From: an uncultured Enterobacteriaceae bacterium
GTDB taxonomy: Bacteria; Pseudomonadota; Gammaproteobacteria; Burkholderiales; SG8-39
DNA: 64,000 nt
Assembly: GCA_964477695.1 (NCBI GenBank)
Contig: CAYZFN010000212.1
Location: forward strand, 10,974-74,973
Direction of reading: 5' to 3'
The notes beneath the pieces are model-generated. The model worked only from the letters and a program-made list of their open reading frames with translations, ran no database searches and was not told the origin of the DNA. Position numbers and translations under genes: made by a program. This document shows, one piece after another, positions 1 through 10,053 of the stretch. How positions within the stretch are numbered: position 1 is the first letter of the stretch; each line of letters opens with the position of its first letter.

Positions 1-1416
1 TTTATCCTGGCAATTGCCCCCCTGGTGGGGGCCCTTGCCTATGCAGCCTGGAACACGGAGCGGCTGGCCGGTCTTAGCCGCAGCGCGGTCTTCAACGCCT
101 CCCAGGCGGCGCGCGCCAGCCGCTCGCTGGTCGATCGCATTGCCGCCATCGAGCGGATCGCGCAGCAGATGACGCTGCTCAAGGACCCGGAGCTCGCCGT
201 CGACTATGCGCGCATCCATCGCAGCTTCAAGAGCCTCGCCGACGAGATAGCACAGCTGCCGCTCGACGATGCGCAGGCCAGGGCGCTCAGCCGCACGGTG
301 GAGCAGGAGCAGGCGCTGTACGATCTGCTCACCGAGCAGCCGCGCCCGCGCATCACCTCGAAAGAGGTTGGCACGCGCATGGACGGCCTGATCGAGAGCG
401 CGCGCGAGGTGCTCGAGATCAATAACCGCGTCGTCGACCGCGAGGTGCACAGCCTGCGGCTCAAGGCCGAGCAGGTGCAGCGCGGTCTGATCGTGCTGGT
501 GTTCTTCAGCACCGCGGTTGCGCTGACGATCGCGCTTGCGCTCACCCGCTACATCGCGCGCCCGATCACCGAGATCGACGGCGCGATCCGCCAGCTCGGC
601 GGCGCGGACTTCTCGCGCCCGATCGCGGTGCACGGCCCCGAGGACCTGCGCTACCTCGGACGGCGCCTCGACTGGTTGCGCCGGCGCCTGGAGGAGTTCG
701 AGACGCAGAAGAACCGCTTCCTGCGCCACGTGTCGCACGAGCTGAAGACGCCGCTCACGGCGCTGCGCGAGGGCGCGGAGCTCATGCACGACGAGGTCGC
801 GGGCAAGCTCACCGCGATGCAGAAGCAGGTGGTCTCGATAATGCGCGACAATAGCGTCAAGCTGCAGCGCCTGATCGAGGAGCTGCTCGATTACCAGCGC
901 GCGTTGCACGCCGCGGCGTCGCTCGAGGTGCGGCCGGTGCTGCTCGACGAGCTGGTGCTCGAGGCGGCGCATCCGCACGAGCTCGCGGCGCAGGCGAAGG
1001 GCCTCAAGCTCACCGTCGACGCGCAGGCCGCGACGCTCGAAGCCGATCCGGAGAAGCTGCGCTCGATCGTCGACAATCTGGTGTCGAACGCGGTGAAGTT
1101 CACGCCGCCGGGCGGCGCGATCTCGATCCGCGCGCGAGCCTCGCAGGATGCGGCGGGCGAGGTGGTGATCGAGGTGACCGACACCGGTCCGGGCGTGCCG
1201 CCCGAGGAGCAGGAGTCGATCTTCAACCTGTTCTTCCGCGGCCGCACCAAGGCCGAGCGCGGCACGATCAAGAGCTCCGGGCTCGGGCTCGCCATCGCGC
1301 GCGAGCTGGTGGAGGCGCACGGCGGCCAGATCGCGGTGGTGCCGGGCGGCTCGGGCGGCCATTTCCGCGTGACGCTGCCGCGCCGTTCGGCGCGTGCGCT
1401 TGCCGACGCCGCGTAA
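1..1416 (+). CDS. Sensor histidine kinase (HAMP-HisKA-HATPase), N-terminus probably off-window
   Basis: The frame is open from nt 1 (FILAIAPLV.. is hydrophobic). H-box FLRHVSHELKTPLT; N/G boxes LVSNAVKFTPPGG, DTGPGVP, GLGLAIARELVEAHGG. Stop TAA at 1414-1416. Confidence 0.85.
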   Translation, partial: FILAIAPLVGALAYAAWNTERLAGLSRSAVFNASQAARASRSLVDRIAAIERIAQQMTLLKDPELAVDYARIHRSFKSLADEIAQLPLDDAQARALSRTVEQEQALYDLLTEQPRPRITSKEVGTRMDGLIESAREVLEINNRVVDREVHSLRLKAEQVQRGLIVLVFFSTAVALTIALALTRYIARPITEIDGAIRQLGGADFSRPIAVHGPEDLRYLGRRLDWLRRRLEEFETQKNRFLRHVSHELKTPLTALREGAELMHDEVAGKLTAMQKQVVSIMRDNSVKLQRLIEELLDYQRALHAAASLEVRPVLLDELVLEAAHPHELAAQAKGLKLTVDAQAATLEADPEKLRSIVDNLVSNAVKFTPPGGAISIRARASQDAAGEVVIEVTDTGPGVPPEEQESIFNLFFRGRTKAERGTIKSSGLGLAIARELVEAHGGQIAVVPGGSGGHFRVTLPRRSARALADAA

Positions 1417-1452
1417 CGACAACGAGGACAGAATTGCGAGGTTTTATTGCAA

Positions 1453-2828
<1,376 letters not shown>

Positions 2829-2832
<4 letters not shown>

Positions 2833-3497
2833 AGCGATTTTTACTTTGTATTTTCGCGTCGCTCCTCTGCACGGGGATCGCCATGGCGCAGAACCTGTCG
2901 CCCGAGCAACTCGTGCAGAAGATCACCGACGACGTGCTCGCCGCGGTGAAGAGCGACAAGCAGCTCGCCGCGGGCGACAAGCAGAAGGCGATCAAGGTCG
3001 CCGAGGAGAAGGTGCTGCCTTACGTCGACTTCGAGTACGCGACACGGCTCGCGGTCGGCCGCGCCTGGCGCCAGGCTACGCCCGAGCAGAAGAAGGAGCT
3101 GGTCGGCCAGTTCCGCAACATGCTGGTGCGCACCTACTCGAATTCCGTCTCGGCCTACGAGGGCCAGACGCTCAAGATCCTGCCTTCGCGCTCGAACGAC
3201 AAGTCGGCCGACGAGGCGACCGTGCGCACGCAGTTCGTGCGCAGCGGCGGCCAGCCGCTCGGCATCGAGTTCCAGATGCACAAGGCCGGGGACGCCTGGA
3301 AGGTATACGACATCAATGTCGAGGGCGTGAGCCTGGTGCTCACCTACCGCTCGGAATTCGACGCGATCGTCAAGCAGCAGGGCATCGACGGGCTGATCAA
3401 GGCGCTCGCGCAGAAGAACCTTCCGGCCGCCGGAATCGGCGGCACGGCGAGCGGCGAAGCTAAGGGCGGCGCGGCGCCGAAGTCCGGGAGCAAATAG
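2829..3497 (+). CDS. MlaC/Ttg2D-family periplasmic lipid-binding protein
   Basis: Signal peptide MKRFLLCIFASLLCTGIAMA. The body follows the MlaC/toluene-tolerance pattern (..AWKVYDINVEGVSLVLTYRSEFD..). ATGA start/stop overlap with the upstream regulator. Confidence 0.75.
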
Positions 3498-3825
3498 CGC
3501 CCAGGCGCGCGGCGGCGAGCGAGTCGCGCACCAGGCGCTCCAGTGCGCCGCCGAGGTCTTCGCGTGCCACCACCAGGCCGCCGATCGGCGCGCGGTCGCG
3601 AAACTCCAGGCGCGTCGCCCCGCGCGTGAAGCGGCCGGCAGCGACCTGCGCCTCGCTCACCCGCTCGAGCTCGTCGGTCCGCGCATCGCGCGTGTATAGC
3701 GGGATCAGCGCCGAGAGCGCGAGCGCCACCACATCGAGCGATTTCGATTCCTTCACCGAATGACCGGGAAACAGCCGCTCGTGGGCGAGGATCGCGGCTC
3801 GGGCGAGGGGGATGAAGTCTCCCAT
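3460..3825 (-). CDS. Hypothetical protein (no family recognised)
   Basis: This is the only minus frame here with a balanced amino-acid composition (MGDFIPLARAAILAHERLFPGHSVKESKSLDVVALALSALIPLY..). No clear SD. The 3' end overlaps the MlaC-like gene by 38 nt. Start chosen at the internal ATG. Confidence 0.35.
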   Translation of the reverse strand: MGDFIPLARAAILAHERLFPGHSVKESKSLDVVALALSALIPLYTRDARTDELERVSEAQVAAGRFTRGATRLEFRDRAPIGGLVVAREDLGGALERLVRDSLAAARLGAICSRTSAPRRP

Positions 3826-3898
3826 CCGCGAAGGATGCGGCAACTCGGCAATGGACACTGCACGGCCGGGGTGGGCCGTTCGGCACATGTTGTCTTAG

Positions 3899-4045
3899 AT
3901 GCGAGGACGACGCAGCCCGGCTGGGCCGCGGCGTGGCGGTGCACCGGCAGCACTGCGTACCGGCATGCCTGCCTGGGAGTTCCGCCTGCGCGAGGGAGAG
4001 CTTTGGGATCTCGTCGCTTTCCTCAAGGCGCTTGCCGCGTTGTCA
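3899..4045 (+). pseudogene. Possible remnant of a class I c-type cytochrome C-terminus
   Basis: The translation ..GMPAWEFRLREGELWDLVAFLKALAAL resembles the Met-ligand/C-terminal helix region of soluble cytochromes c. No CxxCH heme motif occurs upstream in any frame. Confidence 0.2.
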
Positions 4046-4133
4046 CCTTCCGCCTACCGCGCCCTCAAGGGAAGCCGGCTGGCGTCGGCCGAAGCGCCGC
4101 GACATGGCAGCCTTTCTCGGGGAGCTGCAATAG

Positions 4134-4162
4134 CTGTGCGAAATCGGCTGTGCGAAAATCGG
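4134..4162. repeat. Tandem direct repeat CTGTGCGAAATCGG / CTGTGCGAAAATCGG
   Basis: Two adjacent copies (14 and 15 nt) read directly from the sequence. They end 5 nt before the GTG start of the carbonic anhydrase gene. Confidence 0.8.
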
Positions 4163-4167
4163 CGGGC

Positions 4168-4773
4168 GTGACCGGAGGCATCGCCGATCTGTTCAGCAAC
4201 AACCGCGCGTGGGCACGCCGCATGGTGCAGGCCGATGCGCGGTTCTTCGCCCAGCTCGCGCAGCAGCAGTCGCCGCAGTACCTCTGGATCGGCTGCGCCG
4301 ACAGCCGCGTGCCGGCCAACGAGATCGTCGGCCTGCGGCCGGGCGAGCTGTTCGTGCATCGCAACGTCGCGAACGTCGTAGTGCACACCGACCTGAACTG
4401 CCTCTCGGTCATGCAGTTCGCCGTCGATGTATTGAAAGTCCGCCACATCATCGTGTGTGGCCACTACGGCTGCAGCGGCGTGAACGCCGCGCTCATGAAG
4501 GAGCGCCACGGCCTCGTCGACAACTGGCTGCGCCACATCCAGGACGTGCAGCAGCAGCACGCGGCCGCCCTGGCCGCGATTCCCGATACCCGGAAGAGAG
4601 CCGATCGCCTGTGCGAGCTGAACGTCGTCGACCAGGTGTCGAACGTCTGCCGCACTTCCATCGTCCAGGATGCCTGGGCGCGCGCTCAGGAGCTCGCCGT
4701 GCACGGCTGGATCTACGGCCTGCACGACGGGCTGCTGCGCGATCTCGAGGTGACGGTGAGCGCCGAGCGCTAG
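4168..4773 (+). CDS. can: Beta-class carbonic anhydrase (Can/CynT type)
   Basis: IADLFSNNRAWARRMVQADARFFAQLAQQQSPQYLWIGCADSRVPANEIVGLRPGELFVHRNVANVV..CGHYGCSGV is near-collinear with E. coli Can, including the Zn ligands C..D.R..HxxC. GTG 4168 gives a native-length N-terminus; the upstream part of the 337-aa ORF is Arg/Gly-rich junk. Confidence 0.9.
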   Translation: MTGGIADLFSNNRAWARRMVQADARFFAQLAQQQSPQYLWIGCADSRVPANEIVGLRPGELFVHRNVANVVVHTDLNCLSVMQFAVDVLKVRHIIVCGHYGCSGVNAALMKERHGLVDNWLRHIQDVQQQHAAALAAIPDTRKRADRLCELNVVDQVSNVCRTSIVQDAWARAQELAVHGWIYGLHDGLLRDLEVTVSAER

Positions 4774-4781
4774 CGCATGCC

Positions 4782-6533
4782 TCAGCGCTCGAGCACGTAG
4801 GTCCCCGGCGCGTCGGCGAGCTTCGGGTAGGCGCCGCCCGCGACGGCCGGCGCCGGGCGCGGCGCACCGCAACGCGCGTCCAGCCAGGCGACCCAGTCGT
4901 CCCACCAGCTTCCCGGATGCGGCTCGGCCGAGGCGAGCCACGCCTCGGCGCTCTGCCCGCGGTGCGCGCGACCCACGCGGAAGTCGCGGCGCGGCGGCGT
5001 GACGGGTGAATTGACGATGCCCAGGATGTGACCCGAGCTCGTCAGGACGAAGCGCTTCTCGCCGGTGACATGGCCGTTGATGCGGAAGGTCTGCCGCCAC
5101 GGCGTGATGTGATCGTCCTCCGCGCCCACCTGGTAGAGCGGCACGTGGATCGTCGCGAGATCGATCGGCACGTCGCGGACGCTAAGCGCATTCGGCTTGA
5201 CGAGGCCGTTCTTGAGGTAGAGCTCGCGCAGGTAGAACTCGTGCATGCGCGCCGGCATGCGCGTGCAGTCCATGTTCCAGTACAGCACGTCGCTCGGCGG
5301 CGGCGGCTCGCCGTACAGCCAGCCATGCACCGCGTAGTGCCAGATCAGGCTGTTCGAGCGCAGCAGGCGGAAGGTCGTGGCCATGTCCGCGCCGTCCAGG
5401 TAGCCGCGCGTGCGCATGCTGTCGACCAGCCAGGCGACGCTGCCTTCGTCGATGAAGACCTCGATGTCCCCGGGCGACTGGAAATCGACCAGCGAGCAGA
5501 GCAGCGTCCAGTGCGCGACCGGTACTTCCTCGCGCGCGATGCGCCGGCTCGCCCACGCCATGTACACGGCGAGCAGGGTGCCGCCGATGCAGTAGCCGAC
5601 CGCGTGCACCTTGTCGGAGGACGAAAGCTCGCGCGCGACGCGCAGCGCCTCGTGCACGCCTTCGACGACGTAATCCTCGAAGTCGGTGTCGCGCATGTCC
5701 GCGCCCGGGTTCTTCCAGCTCGTGATGTAGACATCGAAGCCGCGCTCGAGCAGATGGCGCACCAGGCTCTTGTGCGGGGCCAGGTCGAGCACATAGAACT
5801 TGTTGATGCATGGCGTGACGATGACGATCGGCGTGCCCCGCACCTGGTCGCGCATCGGCGCGTAGTGGATCAGCTCGAGCAGGCGGTTTCGGAACACCAC
5901 CGCACCGGGGGTGGTGGCGAGGTTGCGCCCGACGGCGAAGTCCTCGCTTCCGGTCATGCGGATCGTCCCGGCCTGCAGGTCCGCGAGCAGCACCTGCCAG
6001 CCGCGGCGCAGGCTCTCGCCGCGCGACTCGAGCGCCTTGCGCATCGCCACCGGATTGGTGGCGAGGAAATTGGTCGGCGCCATGGCGTTCAGCCATTGCC
6101 GCCACCAGAACGCGGCGCGGCGGCGCTCCCTGGGCGAGAGGCCCGGCGTGCGATAGAGCGCATCCTGCACGTGGCGCGCATGGAAGAGGTACCACTGCTT
6201 GAGGAGGTCCCAGCCCGGCTCGCGCGTCCAGACCGGGTCGGCGAAACGCGTATCGTCGGCCTGCGGCTGCACGGCATCGCCGACCTCCCGGCCGGCAAGC
6301 TTCGCCGCGCTGTGAAGCGCGAGCGCGAGCACGTCCGCCGAATAGCGCGTCGCGAGCTCGCGCAGCTCGAGCGGATGCGCCCACCAGGCGATCTGCGCAT
6401 GGACGATCGGCGCCACGATGCCGAACGGATCGAGCGCGGTCTCGACCGCGCGGCGCAGCTCCCTGGCGAGATCGGCCGGCGCGGCGAAGCGCTCGCCGAT
6501 GCCCATGCCTTCCGGTGCGTTCATGACAGGCAC
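4782..6533 (-). CDS. phaC: Class I poly(3-hydroxyalkanoate) synthase
   Basis: Length of about 580 aa. Lipase-box GYCIGGT (VHAVGYCIGGTLLAVYMAW). Conserved PhaC blocks NKFYVLDL, WNMDCTRMP, GHI(L)GIVNSP. Start at GTG 6533 or ATG 6524. Confidence 0.9.
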   Translation of the reverse strand: MPVMNAPEGMGIGERFAAPADLARELRRAVETALDPFGIVAPIVHAQIAWWAHPLELRELATRYSADVLALALHSAAKLAGREVGDAVQPQADDTRFADPVWTREPGWDLLKQWYLFHARHVQDALYRTPGLSPRERRRAAFWWRQWLNAMAPTNFLATNPVAMRKALESRGESLRRGWQVLLADLQAGTIRMTGSEDFAVGRNLATTPGAVVFRNRLLELIHYAPMRDQVRGTPIVIVTPCINKFYVLDLAPHKSLVRHLLERGFDVYITSWKNPGADMRDTDFEDYVVEGVHEALRVARELSSSDKVHAVGYCIGGTLLAVYMAWASRRIAREEVPVAHWTLLCSLVDFQSPGDIEVFIDEGSVAWLVDSMRTRGYLDGADMATTFRLLRSNSLIWHYAVHGWLYGEPPPPSDVLYWNMDCTRMPARMHEFYLRELYLKNGLVKPNALSVRDVPIDLATIHVPLYQVGAEDDHITPWRQTFRINGHVTGEKRFVLTSSGHILGIVNSPVTPPRRDFRVGRAHRGQSAEAWLASAEPHPGSWWDDWVAWLDARCGAPRPAPAVAGGAYPKLADAPGTYVLER

Positions 6534-6585
6534 TATCGGTCAGCCGCCGGACGGCGGATTGACCCATATCAACGGCGCTCGACGG

Positions 6586-8514
6586 TCAGTGGACCGTCGG
6601 GCCGTTCTTGCCGTTCTTCTCGGTCAGCGCCCTTGCCAGCTCGGCGGCGTCCACCGGCTTGACGAGGTGGAGGTCGAATCCCGCCTCCCGGGAACGCTGC
6701 CGGTCGGCTTCCTGCCCCCATCCGGTCAGCGCGACGATGCGGAACGGGCGCGCCGTGCGCAGCGCGCGCAGCCGGCGCGCCACCTCGTAGCCGTCCATCC
6801 CAGGCATGCCGATGTCGAGCAGCACGACGTCCGGGCGAAAGTCGACCGCCAGCTTGAGCGCCTGCGCGCCGTCGTGCGCGACGGCGGTTTCATGGCCGAG
6901 CGAGCCGAGCAGCAGCTCGATCGTGTTCGCGGCGTCGATGTTGTCGTCCACCACCAGGATGCGCTTCGCGCTCAGCGGCTTTTCGCCCGCGCGGTCGCGC
7001 TGCGGCTGCGGTGGAAGAGAAGCGGCGCGCCGCTCGAGCGGCAGGCGCAGCGTGAACTCGCTGCCCTGACCCTTGCCTTCGCTCGTCGCCTGCAGCGTTC
7101 CGCCGTGCAGCTCGGCGAGACGGCGCGCCAGGGCGAGGCCGATGCCTAGCCCGCCGCCGACCCGCTCTACCGGGTCGCGTCCCTGCACGAACATATCGAA
7201 TACCCGCTCGACCTCGAGCGGCTCGATGCCGCGGCCGCTGTCGCGCACGCGTACCACCGCGGCTTCGTCTTCGGCGCCCGCCCTGACCGCGATGCGGCCG
7301 CCGGGCGCGGTATAGCGCGCGGCGTTGTTCAGGATATTGGCGAGGATCTGCGTCAGGCGATCGGCGTCGCCCGTGACGAGCAGCGGCTCGGCCGGCAGCT
7401 CCACGCTGACGCTGTGCCGCGCGGCTTCGATGCCGGGCGTCGCCGTCTCGAGAGCACGCTGCACGATGTCCGTGACGTTCACCGGGGCATGCTCGATGCT
7501 CAGCGCGCCGCGCGTGATGCGGGCGATGTCGAGCAGGTCGTCGACGATGCGCTTCAGCTGCCGGCTCTGCCGGTCTATGGTCTGGCGCATCGCGAGGTGC
7601 GCCGGGTCGTGCGGCGGCAGGTGGGCCATGACCTCGACGGCGTTGCGGATCGGCGCGAGCGGGTTGCGCAGCTCGTGCGCGAGCATGGCGATGAACTCGT
7701 GAATGTGCTGGCTCGTCTTCTCGAGGTCCTGCAGGTGCTTGCGCTCGGTCAGGTCCTGCGTGACCTTGGCGAAGCCGCGCAAGTGTCCCTGGCTGTCGTG
7801 CAGCGCCGTGACCACGACGCGGGCCCAGAAGCGCTCGCCGCTGCGGCGCACGCGCCATCCCTCGTCCTCGGCCCGGCCGCCGCGCCGCGCGGCAGCGAGC
7901 TCCTGCCAGGGCCTGCCCGCGGCCGTGTCCTCGTCGGCGTAGAAATGCGAGAAATGCTTGCCGAGGATCTCCTCGCGCGCATAGCCGTGGATGCGCTGCG
8001 CGCCGGCATTCCAGCTGCTCACGATGCCTTCCGGATCGAGCATGAAGATCGCATAGTCCATCACGCCCTCGACGAGCAGGCGAAAGCGCTCCTCGCTCTG
8101 GCGCAGCGCCTCCTCGTGCAGCCTGCGCTCGGAGAGGTCGCGCGTGATCTTCGAGAACCCGAGCAGCCGGCCTCCTTCGTCGCGCAGCGCCGTGATGACG
8201 ACGTTTGCCCAGAAGCGCGCGCCGTCCTTGCGCACGCGCCAGCCCTCGTCCTCGAAGCGCCCTTCCTTGGCCGCCATGCGCAGCTCGTGGTCGGGCCAGC
8301 CGGCGGCCACGGCCTCGGCCGTGTAGAACGCCGAGAAATGCCGGCCGATGATCTCCTCGGGCGCATAGCCCTTGATGCGCTGCGCGCCGAGGTTCCAGCT
8401 CATGATCCGCCCGTTCGCATCGAGGAAGAACACCGCGTAGTCGCGCGTCTGCTGGACGATCAGTCGGTAGATGAGCGGGTCGAGGAGCTCGGGCTCGTTG
8501 TCTTTGGGCGGCAT
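6586..8514 (-). CDS. Hybrid sensor histidine kinase (PAS-PAS-HisKA-HATPase-REC)
   Basis: Two PAS repeats (..IMSWNLGAQRIKGYAPEEIIGRHFSAFY.. and ..IVSSWNAGAQRIHGYAREEILGKHFSHFY..). H-box MLAHELRNPLAPI; G-boxes DSGRGIEP, GLGIGLALARRLAELHGG. C-terminal REC ILVVDDN..LLDIGMPGMDGYEV..KP. Start at ATG 8514 (MPPKDNEP). Confidence 0.9.
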   Translation of the reverse strand: MPPKDNEPELLDPLIYRLIVQQTRDYAVFFLDANGRIMSWNLGAQRIKGYAPEEIIGRHFSAFYTAEAVAAGWPDHELRMAAKEGRFEDEGWRVRKDGARFWANVVITALRDEGGRLLGFSKITRDLSERRLHEEALRQSEERFRLLVEGVMDYAIFMLDPEGIVSSWNAGAQRIHGYAREEILGKHFSHFYADEDTAAGRPWQELAAARRGGRAEDEGWRVRRSGERFWARVVVTALHDSQGHLRGFAKVTQDLTERKHLQDLEKTSQHIHEFIAMLAHELRNPLAPIRNAVEVMAHLPPHDPAHLAMRQTIDRQSRQLKRIVDDLLDIARITRGALSIEHAPVNVTDIVQRALETATPGIEAARHSVSVELPAEPLLVTGDADRLTQILANILNNAARYTAPGGRIAVRAGAEDEAAVVRVRDSGRGIEPLEVERVFDMFVQGRDPVERVGGGLGIGLALARRLAELHGGTLQATSEGKGQGSEFTLRLPLERRAASLPPQPQRDRAGEKPLSAKRILVVDDNIDAANTIELLLGSLGHETAVAHDGAQALKLAVDFRPDVVLLDIGMPGMDGYEVARRLRALRTARPFRIVALTGWGQEADRQRSREAGFDLHLVKPVDAAELARALTEKNGKNGPTVH

Positions 8515-8572
8515 GGTCGGAGCGGGGCAGGGCCGATTATGCCGTGCCTGTCTTTCAGCTCTTCGCGTTGGC

Positions 8573-8588
8573 CGGCACGCCGTTTGCA
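8573..8588 (+). promoter_or_regulatory. Sigma-54-type promoter candidate CGGCAC-GCCGT-TTGCA
   Basis: GG (8574-75) N10 GC (8586-87). The -12 element is a perfect TTGCA and the -24 element has GGCAC. Predicted +1 is near 8599, 2 nt before GTG 8601 of the ROK gene, which has no SD. Confidence 0.35.
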
Positions 8589-8600
8589 GAACGTCCGGCC

Positions 8601-9350
8601 GTGGCACGCAAGGCCAACGGTCCCTCCCGCATCCTTGCCGTCGACATCGGCGGCAGCAAGGTCAAGTTCCTCGCGAGCGGGGAAACCCGGCCGCGACGCA
8701 TGCCTTCCGGGCCGCAGCTCGAGCCCGCGCAGATGGTCGAGCGCATCAGGTCGATGGCGCGCGACTGGAAGTACGACGCGGTGTCGATCGGCTACTGCGG
8801 CCTGGTCGGCGGCAGCGGACCGCTCGCCGAGCCGGAAAACCTCGGCTCGGGCTGGGTCGGCTTCGATTTCGCCGCCGCGTTCGGCTGCCCGGTGCGCATC
8901 GTGAACGACGCCGCCATGCAGGCGCTCGGCAGCTACGACGGGGGGCGGATGCTGTTTCTCGGCCTCGGCACCGGCGTCGGCTCGGTGCTCATCATCGACA
9001 ACATCCTCGTGCCCCTCGAGCTGGGCGAGCTGCGCCACAAAGGCGTGCGCAGCTACAGCCGCCGCCTCGGGCGCAAAGCCCTGAAGCGGGTGGGCAAGAA
9101 GGCCTGGCGCCGCCGCGTGCTCGATGTTCTGCCGGCGCTGCAGCGCGCGTTCCTTGCCGATTACGTCGTGCTCGGGGGCGGCAACGCCAAGCTGCTCTAC
9201 GAGCCTTTGCCGCCGGGCGTGCGCCTCGGCCATAACCTCACGGCATTCCGCGGCGGCTTCCGGCTGTGGGGTATCGAGGACGCGCCCACGCACGTGAACG
9301 GTCACGAGGTGCATCGGGCTGCGATGCAGGGCGGCTGGCGTCTCCTTTGA
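8601..9350 (+). CDS. ROK-family sugar kinase (polyphosphate/ATP glucokinase-like)
   Basis: Phosphate-1 motif ILAVDIGGSKVKF, then VRIVNDAAMQALG and LGLGTGVGSVLI. GTG 8601 is preferred over GTG 8544 because the 19 extra codons have a clearly lower GC3 than the body. Confidence 0.8.
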   Translation: MARKANGPSRILAVDIGGSKVKFLASGETRPRRMPSGPQLEPAQMVERIRSMARDWKYDAVSIGYCGLVGGSGPLAEPENLGSGWVGFDFAAAFGCPVRIVNDAAMQALGSYDGGRMLFLGLGTGVGSVLIIDNILVPLELGELRHKGVRSYSRRLGRKALKRVGKKAWRRRVLDVLPALQRAFLADYVVLGGGNAKLLYEPLPPGVRLGHNLTAFRGGFRLWGIEDAPTHVNGHEVHRAAMQGGWRLL

Positions 9351-10026
9351 CGTTGCGCTTCGTCGCCCAGCGCCTGCCAAAGTAGACGAACACGCCGAAC
9401 GCGACGGCGGCGAGCACGGGCAGCCCGTAGTTGATCTGCGACGGGTCGACGAACGCGGTGCGGATCTGCTGCCCGAACGCCGTGATCATCAGCGCCCCGG
9501 GCAGAAGGCTGAGCAGGCTGCCGAGCGCGTATTCCCACAGCCTCATCCGCATCGCTCCGGCGAGGATGCCTTGCACGCCGAAAGGCGGCACCGGCAGCAT
9601 GTTGGCTGCGAAGATGGCGACCACGCCGTGGCCGCACAGCAGCTCCGCCGCCTTGTCGAGCGAGTCGCCGGCAAGCCCGCGCAGCGTCTCTCGCTTCAGG
9701 AACCGGCCGGCCGAGTACGTGGCGAGCGCCGCCACCATGATGCCCGCCATGCTGCAAACCAGCCCGAGCATCGGGCCGAGCGCCAGGATGGTCACGAGTG
9801 TGAGCAGCGGCCGCGGAAACATCAGGAAAGCGCCGGGCGTATAAGCCAGCGCAAGGACGAGCGGCGTCCAGCGGCTGCCGCCGACCGAGCGCGCCCAGCC
9901 GACGATCCTGTGCGGCGTCACGATGTCGGCAAGCGGCGTAAAGCGCCACGCTGCGCCGAGCGCGCAAAGGGCGAGCGCGATGAGCGCAAGCTTCGTCCAG
10001 GCGGGGCCTCGGTGTTTCTTCTTCAT
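9238..10026 (-). CDS. DedA/TVP38-TMEM64 (VTT domain) family membrane protein
   Basis: Multi-TM protein with ..LMFPRPLLTLVTILALGPMLGLVCSMAGIMVAALATYSAGRFLKRE..VVAIFAANMLPVPPFGVQGILAG.., typical of the family. Start at MKKKHRGP. The low-complexity C-terminal tail overlaps the ROK 3' end. Confidence 0.75.
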   Translation of the reverse strand: MKKKHRGPAWTKLALIALALCALGAAWRFTPLADIVTPHRIVGWARSVGGSRWTPLVLALAYTPGAFLMFPRPLLTLVTILALGPMLGLVCSMAGIMVAALATYSAGRFLKRETLRGLAGDSLDKAAELLCGHGVVAIFAANMLPVPPFGVQGILAGAMRMRLWEYALGSLLSLLPGALMITAFGQQIRTAFVDPSQINYGLPVLAAVAFGVFVYFGRRWATKRNVKGDASRPASQPDAPRDRSRAWARPRYPTAGSRRGMP

Positions 10027-10053
10027 CGGCCCCGTTTGCTGCAAGACCGGTGC

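Noticed and set aside
6541-6557. Short GC hairpins after gene ends (for example CCGCC-GGAC-GGCGG here, GCGCGCC-TGC-GGCGCGC near 32625-32641, CCCGCCG-N5-CGGCGGG near 32690-32708, GTCGGG-N5-CCCGAC near 47909-47925)
   Set aside because: Stems of 5-7 bp without U-tracts are expected frequently in DNA this GC-rich. They are not distinguishable from background by eye.
9238-9350. 113-nt convergent overlap between the ROK and DedA-like genes
   Set aside because: It is most likely a consequence of stop-codon scarcity in GC-rich DNA extending the low-complexity DedA C-terminal tail. No evidence of functional significance.
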